From Bacillota bacterium (GTDB lineage: Bacteria; Bacillota; DTU025), in contig JBMNJT010000002.1 of assembly GCA_050951805.1 (NCBI GenBank), positions 32,001 to 96,000 on the forward strand: a stretch of 64,000 bases of DNA. Reading direction: 5' to 3'. The notes below the pieces were generated by a model. It searched no databases and was not told the origin of the DNA. It saw only the letters and a program-made list of their open reading frames with translations. A program made the translations under genes and the position numbers. Positions 1 to 10,061 of the stretch are shown piece by piece. Position 1 is the first letter of the stretch, and each line of letters starts with the position of its first letter.

Positions 1-1
1 C

Positions 2-244
2 AGGCCCGGTGAAAGGTTGACCTACGACGAGTTTCTTGAGCGCCTGTATTGCTTTTATGGGATTGCCGTTGAATCACCCCAGCTGATGGACGCTATGGTT
101 TGGAGTGGGCTGCCTGCTAATCAGTCTGTGCAGTCCGACAGGGAATCATGGCTATGCCAGATGCTGAGGGCTGGCGGATTCTTGACTGAGCTTTCAGATG
201 CGCGCTCAATCGTCTGTAACCCTTTTGGCACGAATATTGACTAG
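2..244 (+). CDS. C-terminal part of a DptG/SspG-like phosphorothioation-dependent restriction subunit (5'-truncated by the window edge)
   Basis: Frame is open from base 2 (RPGERLTYDEFLERLY...). The end GFLTELSDARSIVCNPF resembles the L..SD...V.NP end of DptG/SspG-like proteins. Lies 15 bp upstream of the DptH-like gene. Confidence 0.5.
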   Translation, partial: RPGERLTYDEFLERLYCFYGIAVESPQLMDAMVWSGLPANQSVQSDRESWLCQMLRAGGFLTELSDARSIVCNPFGTNID

Positions 245-259
245 GCAGGGGTAATTTGG

Positions 260-3200
260 ATGAAATATTTGGCGAATGCTATAGCCGACTACATATTGAG
301 GAATGTGGATCGGAATTCAGGGACTCTTAGATTCGTGCTTCCCTCCTACCCGGCTGAGGTCTTGCTAGAAATAGGGCGGAAAGTCGATGAAGGGATCCAA
401 CGGCGGCTGGATCGCAATATTGGTTATGAATATGGAATAGCCTATAGACTTGGCAAGGAATGGGCGGCAGGTACAAGAGCTGACAAAGCATGCTTTGAGC
501 AGATTCAAGAAAAAGGTTGGTATAACAAACAGAACAATCTTACAAGCCTACGAAATATTGTAAAACCCGACGACGTGGATTGCCTTGTGATTCTCCTGGC
601 CGGTTATACCGATGTTGACGATCAGGCTAGCTTGAAGGACTTTTTCCACCTAGATCAAGATGATGTATGGGATATGTGCTTGCGCCAGTCCTTCGCGGGC
701 TGGGTAAGGGATTGTGTTCGGGGGCACATTAACATGGATGACGCCGAGCACGATATAGAAGCAATATGTAACGTCTTGGAGGGACTTTGCAATAACGGCT
801 TGGCTCACGTGCTTGATATAAGCAATTTCCTTGAAAGTCTAGATTTCTCATCAGCACGCGATGGGCACGATGCTTACAGAATAGTATTGCAGGGACTCCC
901 ATTCTTCGGATTGCCTCAAATGGATGGACTTGCTCACAAGCCGCTGTCAAGACGCAATTTCGGTAGATATGTTGCTCCCGCACAAGAGTTCCTTAACTAT
1001 AGCATGTTCATTGATGAGAAGAAGAGAGAAACGGCTAGAATAAGCATTGATGGGTTTAGGCAACAAGTTGCCAACGGGATGTCTGATGTAGATATAAGTG
1101 TATTAGGGCCTTTTGCAACGGAGGAAAAACCCCTGGATGAATTCCTGAATGCTCTTGAGGATTATGTTGATAATAGGTCCGAAACCGCTCGCGCCAAGCT
1201 CGCAGGGGTTGATTTCCTATATGTATATGAGAAGGTACTCGGATATAAGCCACCCTCTCCCGGAGGTAAAGAACCGGCTATACCCAGAACCAGGAAACTG
1301 GCTGGGCTGCCGCCTGAGGTTTTTCTACATGGGTTATGGCTAACTTTTGCTGATTTCGAGAAGGCTAATAATGGAGTTGGTATTGATAGCGTCTCTGCAG
1401 TGGTGCTCGAAAGCATAGAGTTCAGATACGATTATGACGCTAGTGATGATGAGAACCATTGTGAATTGGCAAAGCTGTTCATGCGACGAGTGTTAGGCGG
1501 AATAGATGATTTTCTAGAGGACCAGCTTCGCCTTGGTGTTGGGGCGGACGATGCGAGTATTGCTGTAACATCCCGTCTTGAGCCGGATACAGAAGATGCT
1601 AGTCGGTTGTCTTATAGAAAGCACAACAATGCTGAGCCTTATTTGAAATTCCAGGTTTCCATTTTCACGCATGGCAATGACAAGCCATTTATTCGTGACT
1701 TTCGTTGGGCTTTGCCGGAGTACCATCAGAGCCGATTGTTGATAGATCTCTATGATTGGGCCTATGCGAAATGTCGTGTCGCAGGTGATGCACTGCCGAT
1801 TTTTGCAGTGCCCTATATGAGCGAGATTTTCATGGCTAGCGACGAGGAAACGATAAATCATATTATGGGCAGAGCATTGCAGGAAAATAGACGGCTTGCG
1901 GCGGAACTTCACGCTGCAACTAACTTCAGGCAATACGAGTATACAGATAAGGTGCTTCCTCTTCTCGGAGGATTATCCGCATGTTATCAGGAGTTCATCG
2001 AACAGGTACTTACATGCGGGTTTTTCAATGCTCTCCATAGCAAGTATTATGTTCTTCGAGACAACTATTGCAGAGTACTGGAAACATATATTGAAACAAG
2101 CGATTGTAGTATCTCTGGCCCGTTGCTAATGAAGGCTTTCATGCTTGTTTCCGATAACAACTTGGATATGTCGGCATTGCTCCGGAACGATATCCTAGAG
2201 GCTGGTATCGTTACACCTCTACATCCGGCACTACTGGAAATGATCTTATATCAACATGTCTTTCTATGCGAAAGCTTTTGCTACTATTTCAACGAGAAAT
2301 TGAAAGAACCGAGCGCCAAGCTGTTTACGGGCCGGCGCTGGGAACGTGCGGTTGAACTGTCAACAATGCGATGGCCAGTATTTGGAACAATCGGGGCAAA
2401 CAGGTCTCTTGACACTCACGTTAATTCCTATGGCTACGTGCATCTGGTTGGTCATCCTAGGGGCGATTCGCTATCGATCGGTTCAACGCTGCTTCTGCAA
2501 GATAAAGATGTCGATGAAGATGAGGAGATTACAGATACGGACCTGTTTGGCGAAACTATGTCATCAAGGCTGATTAAACGTACTCTCCTCGACTATAGAC
2601 AGGTGCACGAGCACGCAGATGATGGAATAAGTATAGGGGTTTACTGTGGTGGAGACATGCAGCCGATCATTGCGGGAATCGACTCATATCTTTCGGAGGT
2701 CATTACGAAAGAGCGCGGAAACAGGTTGTATTCACTCAAGTTGACTGTATTTTCAGACAGTGTGCATGACGCAACATTCTTACGGTGGGTAGACGCTTGG
2801 AAGGAACGTTGGCAACAGGCCGAACTGTCTCAGGCAAAACGGCACTACACGAACTGCAGAATATCCATTTCATACCAGGTTACCTCAAGCAAAGATGATT
2901 TTAAGCAGCTTGAAGACCTAGTCGAAAGGACGCCCCTAGATGTAATGGTATTCTTGAATTTCATACCCCCCGACTTGAGCGAATTCAAGCTTATCGGAGA
3001 AGACGATTTTATTGAGGCCGGATATCAGAAATTCCCTATCCTTGAGAAGATTTATTGCCGTGTTGACGATGGAGGGATGGATAGCCAACGTCGCAGGATC
3101 TTGAGCAACCACCGTTTTAGGTTAGGCGCTCTGCACGCCGAAGCCATGGCTCGAATACTGACAGGACCTCGAAGTTTGAAGCAGAAACATGCAGTCATTT

Positions 3201-5551
3201 GGAGGTCTGATTACAGCCGAGTGGAAAGAACTGTAGACGCTGCACATAGGTGTAGCGCGTGGGTCGTATGCATAGATCCATGTATGGATGAGCAGTTGCT
3301 AAAGAAACCGTACGAATCGGGTTTGTCCCGTGACATAATTGGCTTTGGCTCAGGTGTTGGGGCACATGGCGAAAGCAACTACACGATATCTACCGAGCAG
3401 TTCTACTTGTCCGACATATCAGAGAAGATTGGTTCACAGGTATCCGCAATATTTACCCCAATAGACAGTGAAAGCGCCGATCGAATTGCTAAGAGTCTAA
3501 TGCAGGATGCACAGCACATAGGGGGACTTTCAGTGGTGAAGGCCACAGGACCATCAGATTATGTGAGAGATTACATGGCCTATTCCATGATGAGAAAGCT
3601 TCTGCCCAAGAATGACAGTGCGTTTTGCGATGAAATGATATCTTTGGACGCTGTTTGGCACTGGTTTGATGACGCAGAAGATCGAAAACGTCCCGATCTA
3701 CTTAGACTTCACGCTAACGTAGTGGACGGTTACTTCGATATTGAGGCACAGATTATCGAATGCAAGCTTGCAGCACATTCCGAAAAGTATCTCGTCGATG
3801 CACGGCAACAGATTGAAAATGGCATGAGGCAACTTTCTGCCCATTTTCGTCCTCGAGAAAGTGATAGACCTATGGGGACTGCTGATAGGCCTCCCGACCA
3901 GAGATTCTGGTGGATGCAGCTTCACCGTTTGATTGCTAGTCGAGGCATGGCAAGCCCACAAGACTATAATGAAGCTCTGCTAGCTCTTGAACGTCTGAGT
4001 GAGGGATACTTCGACATTACGTGGCAAGCGGCAGCGGTAGCATTTTGGACCGATATGGATACTGAGACCATTACGTGTACGCCTTCATGGGAAATAGGCT
4101 TATGCGATGACGAACGACTAACCGTGTCTGTCGCTACTGCAGGTAAAGGATTTTTTAAGAAAGTATGTATGGACAATATCCGCGGGCCAGTATTCTGCGA
4201 CGACAGCAGCATTACTTTTAGATTCGCGCGACCAATAAGCAACCGTGGTCAAAAGGGTAATGCATATGAAGCTCAGGAATTCTCTGAAGCAATAGCAGCG
4301 GCCACTGTGCCTGCTGTTGCAGACCGAGCGGCACCAGAACCCTCTATGTCGTCTCAAGGGACCTTGGAAATACCGCTGGATGATGGTGAGCAGGAGCGAC
4401 AGCTTTCCGAAGTACCTGATCGGATACTGCTTGGTAGATTCACGTCAGGTTATAGAGAAATCTATTGGGAGTTTGGTCATCCGGAGCTATTGAATCGACA
4501 TATAGTGATCTTTGGTTCCTCTGGCTCAGGCAAGACCTATACCATTCAAGCGCTGCTATTGGAACTTGCCAAAGCAGGTCAGAATAGCTTAATAGTTGAT
4601 TATACAAATGGGTTTACTGCGGGGCAGCTAGAGCCGATCATTGTGGACAAGCTTTCTCCGACTCAACATGTGGTGAGACAGGAACCCCTGCCGATAAATC
4701 CCTTCCGCCGACAGTGTGACTACATTGATGACCAGCCGTTGCCTGAAACTCCAGCTGGAGTGGCCAGACGGGTTACCGATCTGTTTGCGAGTGTGTATCA
4801 AATAGGGGATCAACAGCGTTCTGCGCTCTATACGGCCATACGAGATGGAATAGATGAAAAGGGAGACAGCTTTACGCTGGAGGATTTGGTCAGCACCTTG
4901 GAAGAGATCCAGTATGGGAAGGGACCAACTTCAATACCAGCGGCAACGCTTGTCAGCAAGATGAGGCCTTTTGTGGACATGAATCCATTTGGCAGGGAGG
5001 ACAAAGATAGCTGGGAGAGACTATTTACGGATACTGAATCAAGATGCCACATAGTTCAATTGATGGGATTTCCTAAAGATAGCGCTCGGCTGATCACGGA
5101 ATTTTGCTTGTCCGATTTCTACTGGTATTACCGGGCCAATGGGAACAAAGATTGTCCAAGAGTGGTAGTGCTTGATGAAATCCAGAATCTTAACCACAGC
5201 CTTGACAGTCCAATAAGTCAGTTGCTCACTGAAGGCCGTAAATTCGGAGTTTCACTCATATTAGCCACACAGACCATGAGCAACCTCGGAAAAGATGAAA
5301 GGGACAGACTTTTTCAGGCTAGTCACAAGCTTTTCTTTAAGCCGGCGGACACGGAAGTCAGGTCTTTTGCTCAGATACTTGCTGATTCAGATTCCACGAA
5401 GACTTCACAAAGTGAATGGGTGGAACGGCTATCTTCGCTGAAACTGGGCGAATGCTACTCGCTTGGTCCCGCCTCGAGTGAGCCAATACAGAAACTAGAA
5501 GTAGGTAAGAGCTTCAGGATCCGCGTGACAGCGTTGGATGAAAGACTTTAG
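260..5551 (+). CDS. DptH/SspH-like large protein with a PD-(D/E)xK nuclease-like motif and a C-terminal HerA/FtsK-type ATPase
   Basis: 1763-aa ORF. Walker A GSSGSGKT, Walker B VVVLDEIQN, HerA motif EGRKFGVSLILATQ. RPDLL...IIECK is nuclease-like. RBS GGGGT. Confidence 0.7.
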   Translation: MKYLANAIADYILRNVDRNSGTLRFVLPSYPAEVLLEIGRKVDEGIQRRLDRNIGYEYGIAYRLGKEWAAGTRADKACFEQIQEKGWYNKQNNLTSLRNIVKPDDVDCLVILLAGYTDVDDQASLKDFFHLDQDDVWDMCLRQSFAGWVRDCVRGHINMDDAEHDIEAICNVLEGLCNNGLAHVLDISNFLESLDFSSARDGHDAYRIVLQGLPFFGLPQMDGLAHKPLSRRNFGRYVAPAQEFLNYSMFIDEKKRETARISIDGFRQQVANGMSDVDISVLGPFATEEKPLDEFLNALEDYVDNRSETARAKLAGVDFLYVYEKVLGYKPPSPGGKEPAIPRTRKLAGLPPEVFLHGLWLTFADFEKANNGVGIDSVSAVVLESIEFRYDYDASDDENHCELAKLFMRRVLGGIDDFLEDQLRLGVGADDASIAVTSRLEPDTEDASRLSYRKHNNAEPYLKFQVSIFTHGNDKPFIRDFRWALPEYHQSRLLIDLYDWAYAKCRVAGDALPIFAVPYMSEIFMASDEETINHIMGRALQENRRLAAELHAATNFRQYEYTDKVLPLLGGLSACYQEFIEQVLTCGFFNALHSKYYVLRDNYCRVLETYIETSDCSISGPLLMKAFMLVSDNNLDMSALLRNDILEAGIVTPLHPALLEMILYQHVFLCESFCYYFNEKLKEPSAKLFTGRRWERAVELSTMRWPVFGTIGANRSLDTHVNSYGYVHLVGHPRGDSLSIGSTLLLQDKDVDEDEEITDTDLFGETMSSRLIKRTLLDYRQVHEHADDGISIGVYCGGDMQPIIAGIDSYLSEVITKERGNRLYSLKLTVFSDSVHDATFLRWVDAWKERWQQAELSQAKRHYTNCRISISYQVTSSKDDFKQLEDLVERTPLDVMVFLNFIPPDLSEFKLIGEDDFIEAGYQKFPILEKIYCRVDDGGMDSQRRRILSNHRFRLGALHAEAMARILTGPRSLKQKHAVIWRSDYSRVERTVDAAHRCSAWVVCIDPCMDEQLLKKPYESGLSRDIIGFGSGVGAHGESNYTISTEQFYLSDISEKIGSQVSAIFTPIDSESADRIAKSLMQDAQHIGGLSVVKATGPSDYVRDYMAYSMMRKLLPKNDSAFCDEMISLDAVWHWFDDAEDRKRPDLLRLHANVVDGYFDIEAQIIECKLAAHSEKYLVDARQQIENGMRQLSAHFRPRESDRPMGTADRPPDQRFWWMQLHRLIASRGMASPQDYNEALLALERLSEGYFDITWQAAAVAFWTDMDTETITCTPSWEIGLCDDERLTVSVATAGKGFFKKVCMDNIRGPVFCDDSSITFRFARPISNRGQKGNAYEAQEFSEAIAAATVPAVADRAAPEPSMSSQGTLEIPLDDGEQERQLSEVPDRILLGRFTSGYREIYWEFGHPELLNRHIVIFGSSGSGKTYTIQALLLELAKAGQNSLIVDYTNGFTAGQLEPIIVDKLSPTQHVVRQEPLPINPFRRQCDYIDDQPLPETPAGVARRVTDLFASVYQIGDQQRSALYTAIRDGIDEKGDSFTLEDLVSTLEEIQYGKGPTSIPAATLVSKMRPFVDMNPFGREDKDSWERLFTDTESRCHIVQLMGFPKDSARLITEFCLSDFYWYYRANGNKDCPRVVVLDEIQNLNHSLDSPISQLLTEGRKFGVSLILATQTMSNLGKDERDRLFQASHKLFFKPADTEVRSFAQILADSDSTKTSQSEWVERLSSLKLGECYSLGPASSEPIQKLEVGKSFRIRVTALDERL

Positions 5552-5565
5552 GGGGTACGTAGAGC

Positions 5566-6393
5566 TTGCTACCTGTTAATTTCCATCAGACATTCATACC
5601 CGAAAGGCGCTATATAGCGTCTCTTCTTCAATATGCTGCTTTGGGTGATCAAGGCACGTTGCAGGAAATAGCAGAGGATACTGGCATACCAATGGGCGAA
5701 TCGTCTGGTAAACTCGCTGCAACGATAGACTATGCTACGGGCATGGGGCTAATATGTATCGAAAGTGCGGCCGACCGATCAGTGAAGAGGCCTATACTTA
5801 CCGCCTTTGGGCATGTAGTTTATGCTGAGGACAAGTTTCTGGGTGAACAGATGGCGCAGTGGTTAGCCCATATGAATCTGTGTTCTTCGCTGATAGGTGC
5901 GACAGCTTGGCACGAAGTGTTCGCAAAAGGTCGCAGGCTCTTGGGCATTAGCTTTACCAGAGATCAGCTGGAAGATTACCTTGTTAGGATATATGGACCA
6001 ACCAAGACCAGAACGAGGACGGGTCCACTGCTGCTCACATACCAAGAGGATGAAGCGTTAGGACGAAGTGGCGTGTTAACGGTGGACGAAGATACAGTCA
6101 CTAGGCATAAGGCTCCAATCATGGACGAGTATGCCATACCGTATTCCGCGTATGTGCTTCAATTACTCGAAACACATTTCCCAGGTCAGAATCAGATCAC
6201 GTTGACTGACTTCGCAGATAGCACCTTGTGGTTTGATATCTGTCTTTGGAACGAGATGGATGTTGAAGATGTAATGAGAGTTATTGAGAGCAAAGGTCTT
6301 GTTTCTGTGGATCGCCAGATGCAGCCGTGGATAATTGAGAAAAGAGCCGATGCAGATCGAGTGTGGTCCCTCATATACTCTGAGATTGTGTAA
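5566..6393 (+). CDS. DUF4007-family protein (SspB-like)
   Basis: N-terminal FHQTF and LTAFG..VY.ED.FL...AQWLAH.NL...AW..VF follow the DUF4007 pattern. 275 aa, directly upstream of a BrxC/SspC-like ATPase. Confidence 0.6.
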   Translation: MLPVNFHQTFIPERRYIASLLQYAALGDQGTLQEIAEDTGIPMGESSGKLAATIDYATGMGLICIESAADRSVKRPILTAFGHVVYAEDKFLGEQMAQWLAHMNLCSSLIGATAWHEVFAKGRRLLGISFTRDQLEDYLVRIYGPTKTRTRTGPLLLTYQEDEALGRSGVLTVDEDTVTRHKAPIMDEYAIPYSAYVLQLLETHFPGQNQITLTDFADSTLWFDICLWNEMDVEDVMRVIESKGLVSVDRQMQPWIIEKRADADRVWSLIYSEIV

Positions 6394-6402
6394 CGAAGGA
6401 GA

Positions 6403-9342
6403 ATGCCCAATATGAAGCTCTCGGATATTGTACGCTTTAGGAAGGATCTCCTTTTTGAGGGAGCGGTCCAGTTAGGATGGTTCCAAGAGGACAGGAATCT
6501 AGCAAACAAAGCCGCTGAGCACTATGTGTTCCATGGCCCGCAGTATCACGGAGTTACTGAAGGCGATCTTGATGATATCGGCCCTAGCCTTGTAGATACT
6601 GCTACATTCACGCTCGATATTCTCGAACGCATCACTGGCCAGACAGGTGACGAGCCATTCACAATGGCCATAGCAGGATACGGAACGGGAAAATCCCATC
6701 TTGCCATAACCCTCGCCTGCCTACTTAGTGACCCCAACTCTTCTGTGGCAGACAAGATTCTTGATAATATTAGCATGGCTGATGTCGAAATAGGTAGAGA
6801 GGCACGCCATATACTGAACAGTTCAGATCAGCCATTTTTAGTGGTTCCACTAAACGGAATGCAGGACTTTGACCTGAGTGCAGAAATAGTCCGACAGGTG
6901 CTACATGCTCTTACTGAAAACGGTTTGGATACTGCGCCTCTTGAAGACCTGCGGCCTCGGTTTAGAACTGCAGCCAACTTCACGGAATCGTTTTTTGATG
7001 CATTGGCAGATGATTTCGCGATTGCCTTTGGACGATCGTGTGACAAGCGCAAGATAATTGCTGATTTGAAAGCTCAAGATGAGGAGACATTCAGCAAAGT
7101 TAACGATATCTATCGGGAGAAAATGGGTTCGACGATACGCGCCGTTGGCCACGAGTCGCTTCATGATTTTATCCGTGTTGCAAAAGAGACATATTGTGGT
7201 CCTGGAAGACCTTTTCGCGGCATAGTGATCATTTTTGATGAATTCGGGCGTTATCTGGAGTTTTCTGTGCAAAAGCGTCACATTGCGGGTTCGGGTGCTC
7301 TACAACAGTTGTTCGAGTGTGTCCAGGCAAATGATGACGGTGTCTTCCTGTTATGCTTTATCCAGTATGAATTGAAGGCATATATATCTCGTATTGCGCC
7401 TGAATTACGTGAGGATCTAAACCGTTATGTGACTCGTTACGATGCTGTACGTAAGGTACGGTTGTCTACCAATATGGAGACTTTGATAGCGAATCTCCTT
7501 GAAAAAAAGGACCGAGAGGCACTAGATGAGCAGATTAATGGTTTTTCGGTAGCCCCAAAAATCATTCAGGCGTCGATGCAGCGCTGGTTCCCTGACATGA
7601 CGAATCATGCTCTGTGGTTGGACGAGGATAGGTTTAGTCGAATTATCTGTAGGGGATGTTGGCCGCTCCATCCTTGTTCAACATGGGCCCTCTATAGGCT
7701 TACTGCTATTGGCAAGTCACTGCAACAGCGCTCGGCGCTATCTTTACTTGCAGACGTGTACCAGCATTTTAAAGACGAAGATGTCACTCTGGGGATGACA
7801 ATAGACCTTGTGGATCTGTGTAATGAGGGCCTAATAAACGAATTCCTCGCTTCAGAGAGATACGGGCAGCAGGGGGCTACTGCACATGGATATGAGACTG
7901 TCCTGGAGAGATATAGGAATGCACTGTCAGAAGATGAAAAGCGCGTACTGAAAGGAGTGCTCGTTTCAGCTAAAATCGGCATGAAGGCTGATTCAAAGGA
8001 AGAGTATATCCAAGCCTTGTCGATGTTTTCTGGTTTAGGGATGATGGCGGTAGAGACTGCCATACGTTCCTTGGAAGGCGAATATGCGGTGCTGGAATGG
8101 AACGATCTTCTTAACCAGTACGAAATTGCAGGAGATGCTATTCCCAGAAAGACATTCTTAGCTCAACTAAAGGAAAGAACATCGGATATTGATTCTGCTA
8201 GACGTGCAAGCATTTTCACTCAGAAGCTGTCTGCCTGGGGGATAGTAAGCGACACATACTATACAGATTTTGGTAGCGCAAACAACATAACTACAAATGA
8301 ATGGAATTATAGAATTCACTTAGCTGATGTCTCTATCATTGATGAACAGATCAATTTCGCCATACATACATGGCGTGAATCAATAGCAGTGGACATATCA
8401 AAAGGTCAGCTAATATACTGCTACGTGGGGCCTGAAAGCAATATTGAGACTGTGAAGGAAAATGCACTAAGGAGAATCTGGGCAGCTGCTGAAGAGAATG
8501 GTCTTGATGTAGAGAATGGGTTGCCTCTTGCAGTGTTGTTCTTGTATGACGAAGATGGAACATTCGGCCAGAAACTTGCAGAACTATGGGTTTTGGATGA
8601 GCAAGAGCGAGAGACGGAATCTCAGAAGTACATGCATTTTGTGCTTGACAGAAAGAGAAGCCTAGAGCAAGAGATACGGAATCAGTTTTCAAAACTGCAG
8701 AGGGAGCAACATATAGTGCTTGGCACGAATAGAGAAATATCTGGCTCGAAGATCAAAGATATTCTCGATCAGCTTTTTGATGAAGTATATCCAAAACGGA
8801 TACCATTTCCTTTTGATGGATTTTCTACAACTCGTGGCAATGCTGCAAGAGATAGCGGATCTTTCACTAGACAGTTGTTTTTGGGGACTTTGGATCGTGA
8901 TTGGATAGCTGCACAGAGCAAGCAACAGCGAAATCGTGCCTTTGAAGTATTGGAGAGAGCATGGGGCCTTATTGGCTGCGATGGGGCGTTACGGAGGATA
9001 CCGCTAGATGAGAGTGTGCGCCACTTCATTGATGTTCTTGGCCAAAGCCTTGTTGCCGAAGAGGATGATCCCTATGGAGCAATGACTATGGGAGAGGCAC
9101 TACATATGTTGTGCATGCCGCCTTATGGATGCAATATTGCGTCTGCGGGCTTACTACTAGCGTACTTCATAGGAAGCCGGAAAGATGAAGTGCAGTTGTA
9201 CCTCCATAACCAGGCCACAAGCACTGAGAAATGGCTAGAGACTGCAATGCCTCAGCCATTTCCTGTCCATACCTGCTCTGGAAGCGACCAATGTGGTTCG
9301 GAGTCCCCGGAGAGAGCCTGTCAGAATGGGAAACGCTATTAG
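6403..9342 (+). CDS. SspC/BrxC-like P-loop ATPase, N-terminal part (continues through frameshifts to 10734)
   Basis: Walker A AGYGTGKSHLA, Walker B IIFDEFGRYLE, plus WPLHP and PPYG motifs typical of BrxC/PglY/SspC ATPases. Sequence loses plausibility after ~9253. Confidence 0.65.
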   Translation: MPNMKLSDIVRFRKDLLFEGAVQLGWFQEDRNLANKAAEHYVFHGPQYHGVTEGDLDDIGPSLVDTATFTLDILERITGQTGDEPFTMAIAGYGTGKSHLAITLACLLSDPNSSVADKILDNISMADVEIGREARHILNSSDQPFLVVPLNGMQDFDLSAEIVRQVLHALTENGLDTAPLEDLRPRFRTAANFTESFFDALADDFAIAFGRSCDKRKIIADLKAQDEETFSKVNDIYREKMGSTIRAVGHESLHDFIRVAKETYCGPGRPFRGIVIIFDEFGRYLEFSVQKRHIAGSGALQQLFECVQANDDGVFLLCFIQYELKAYISRIAPELREDLNRYVTRYDAVRKVRLSTNMETLIANLLEKKDREALDEQINGFSVAPKIIQASMQRWFPDMTNHALWLDEDRFSRIICRGCWPLHPCSTWALYRLTAIGKSLQQRSALSLLADVYQHFKDEDVTLGMTIDLVDLCNEGLINEFLASERYGQQGATAHGYETVLERYRNALSEDEKRVLKGVLVSAKIGMKADSKEEYIQALSMFSGLGMMAVETAIRSLEGEYAVLEWNDLLNQYEIAGDAIPRKTFLAQLKERTSDIDSARRASIFTQKLSAWGIVSDTYYTDFGSANNITTNEWNYRIHLADVSIIDEQINFAIHTWRESIAVDISKGQLIYCYVGPESNIETVKENALRRIWAAAEENGLDVENGLPLAVLFLYDEDGTFGQKLAELWVLDEQERETESQKYMHFVLDRKRSLEQEIRNQFSKLQREQHIVLGTNREISGSKIKDILDQLFDEVYPKRIPFPFDGFSTTRGNAARDSGSFTRQLFLGTLDRDWIAAQSKQQRNRAFEVLERAWGLIGCDGALRRIPLDESVRHFIDVLGQSLVAEEDDPYGAMTMGEALHMLCMPPYGCNIASAGLLLAYFIGSRKDEVQLYLHNQATSTEKWLETAMPQPFPVHTCSGSDQCGSESPERACQNGKRY

Positions 9343-10061
9343 AGCAATGGGAATTAGAGGATTCGCTCAGTGGCAAGGTAGACTTCCTAAGGAAAGAACG
9401 AGATTTGGGGAGACGCATCCCAATACCGCAGCAACTATACTACAAACGCGACTCCCTGAGGAAGGAATCCCGCTCTGCTGAAAGCGAGCTTAGGCAAGTG
9501 GAAACTGACTTCGACCGGGCTCTAGAAAAAATACAACAAGGAATAGAGCGCGACGACGTATCTCTGCTTTCATGGGGAGCTGCAGACTTGAAAGACATTC
9601 ATAGAAAAATGATTATTGAACCGGAAAAGTGGACAGGCGAGCAGATACAGAAGGTAGAAGCTTGCCTTGCAGAGTCTAAGCAGGAGACATGCAATAGGTT
9701 TGATAGGTGGCTACCCATACAGAAAGTGGTTCGTGTCGAAGATTTGGGTCGCTTCAAACATACGATGCTCACCCACGTGGGAGGTAATTTGTCCAAACTA
9801 GGGTTGGAGGAGCAAGAACAGCGGTTGGAGCGCCATGTGGAGTGGATAGAGGAACAGGTGGAATTCCTGGCCGAGATTCACAGAACAACAACTGATATTG
9901 AGAACATGATTCTCTCGAATGTAGTAACTGCTGCCGCAAAGGTTTCTGTGCTCAATGATTGGCTGAGGCAGGCGGAAGGGTTGGCCGGACGGTTGGATGC
10001 AGCACGTCAACGAGCGGACTTCGATAGGGACGCGCTTGATAAGCGCAGCAAAGAAGCTTAG
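9231..10061 (+). CDS. Frameshifted middle fragment of the SspC-like ATPase (helical region)
   Basis: No RBS of its own. Protein-like from VPGESLSEWETLL (~9303). Overlaps both neighbours in shifted frames. Confidence 0.55.
   Translation: MARDCNASAISCPYLLWKRPMWFGVPGESLSEWETLLEQWELEDSLSGKVDFLRKERDLGRRIPIPQQLYYKRDSLRKESRSAESELRQVETDFDRALEKIQQGIERDDVSLLSWGAADLKDIHRKMIIEPEKWTGEQIQKVEACLAESKQETCNRFDRWLPIQKVVRVEDLGRFKHTMLTHVGGNLSKLGLEEQEQRLERHVEWIEEQVEFLAEIHRTTTDIENMILSNVVTAAAKVSVLNDWLRQAEGLAGRLDAARQRADFDRDALDKRSKEA

Noticed and set aside
260-5551. Conjugative VirB4/TraG ATPase or intein-containing protein
   Set aside because: No T4SS or relaxase genes nearby and no intein splice motifs. The DUF4007/SspC-like context favours defence.
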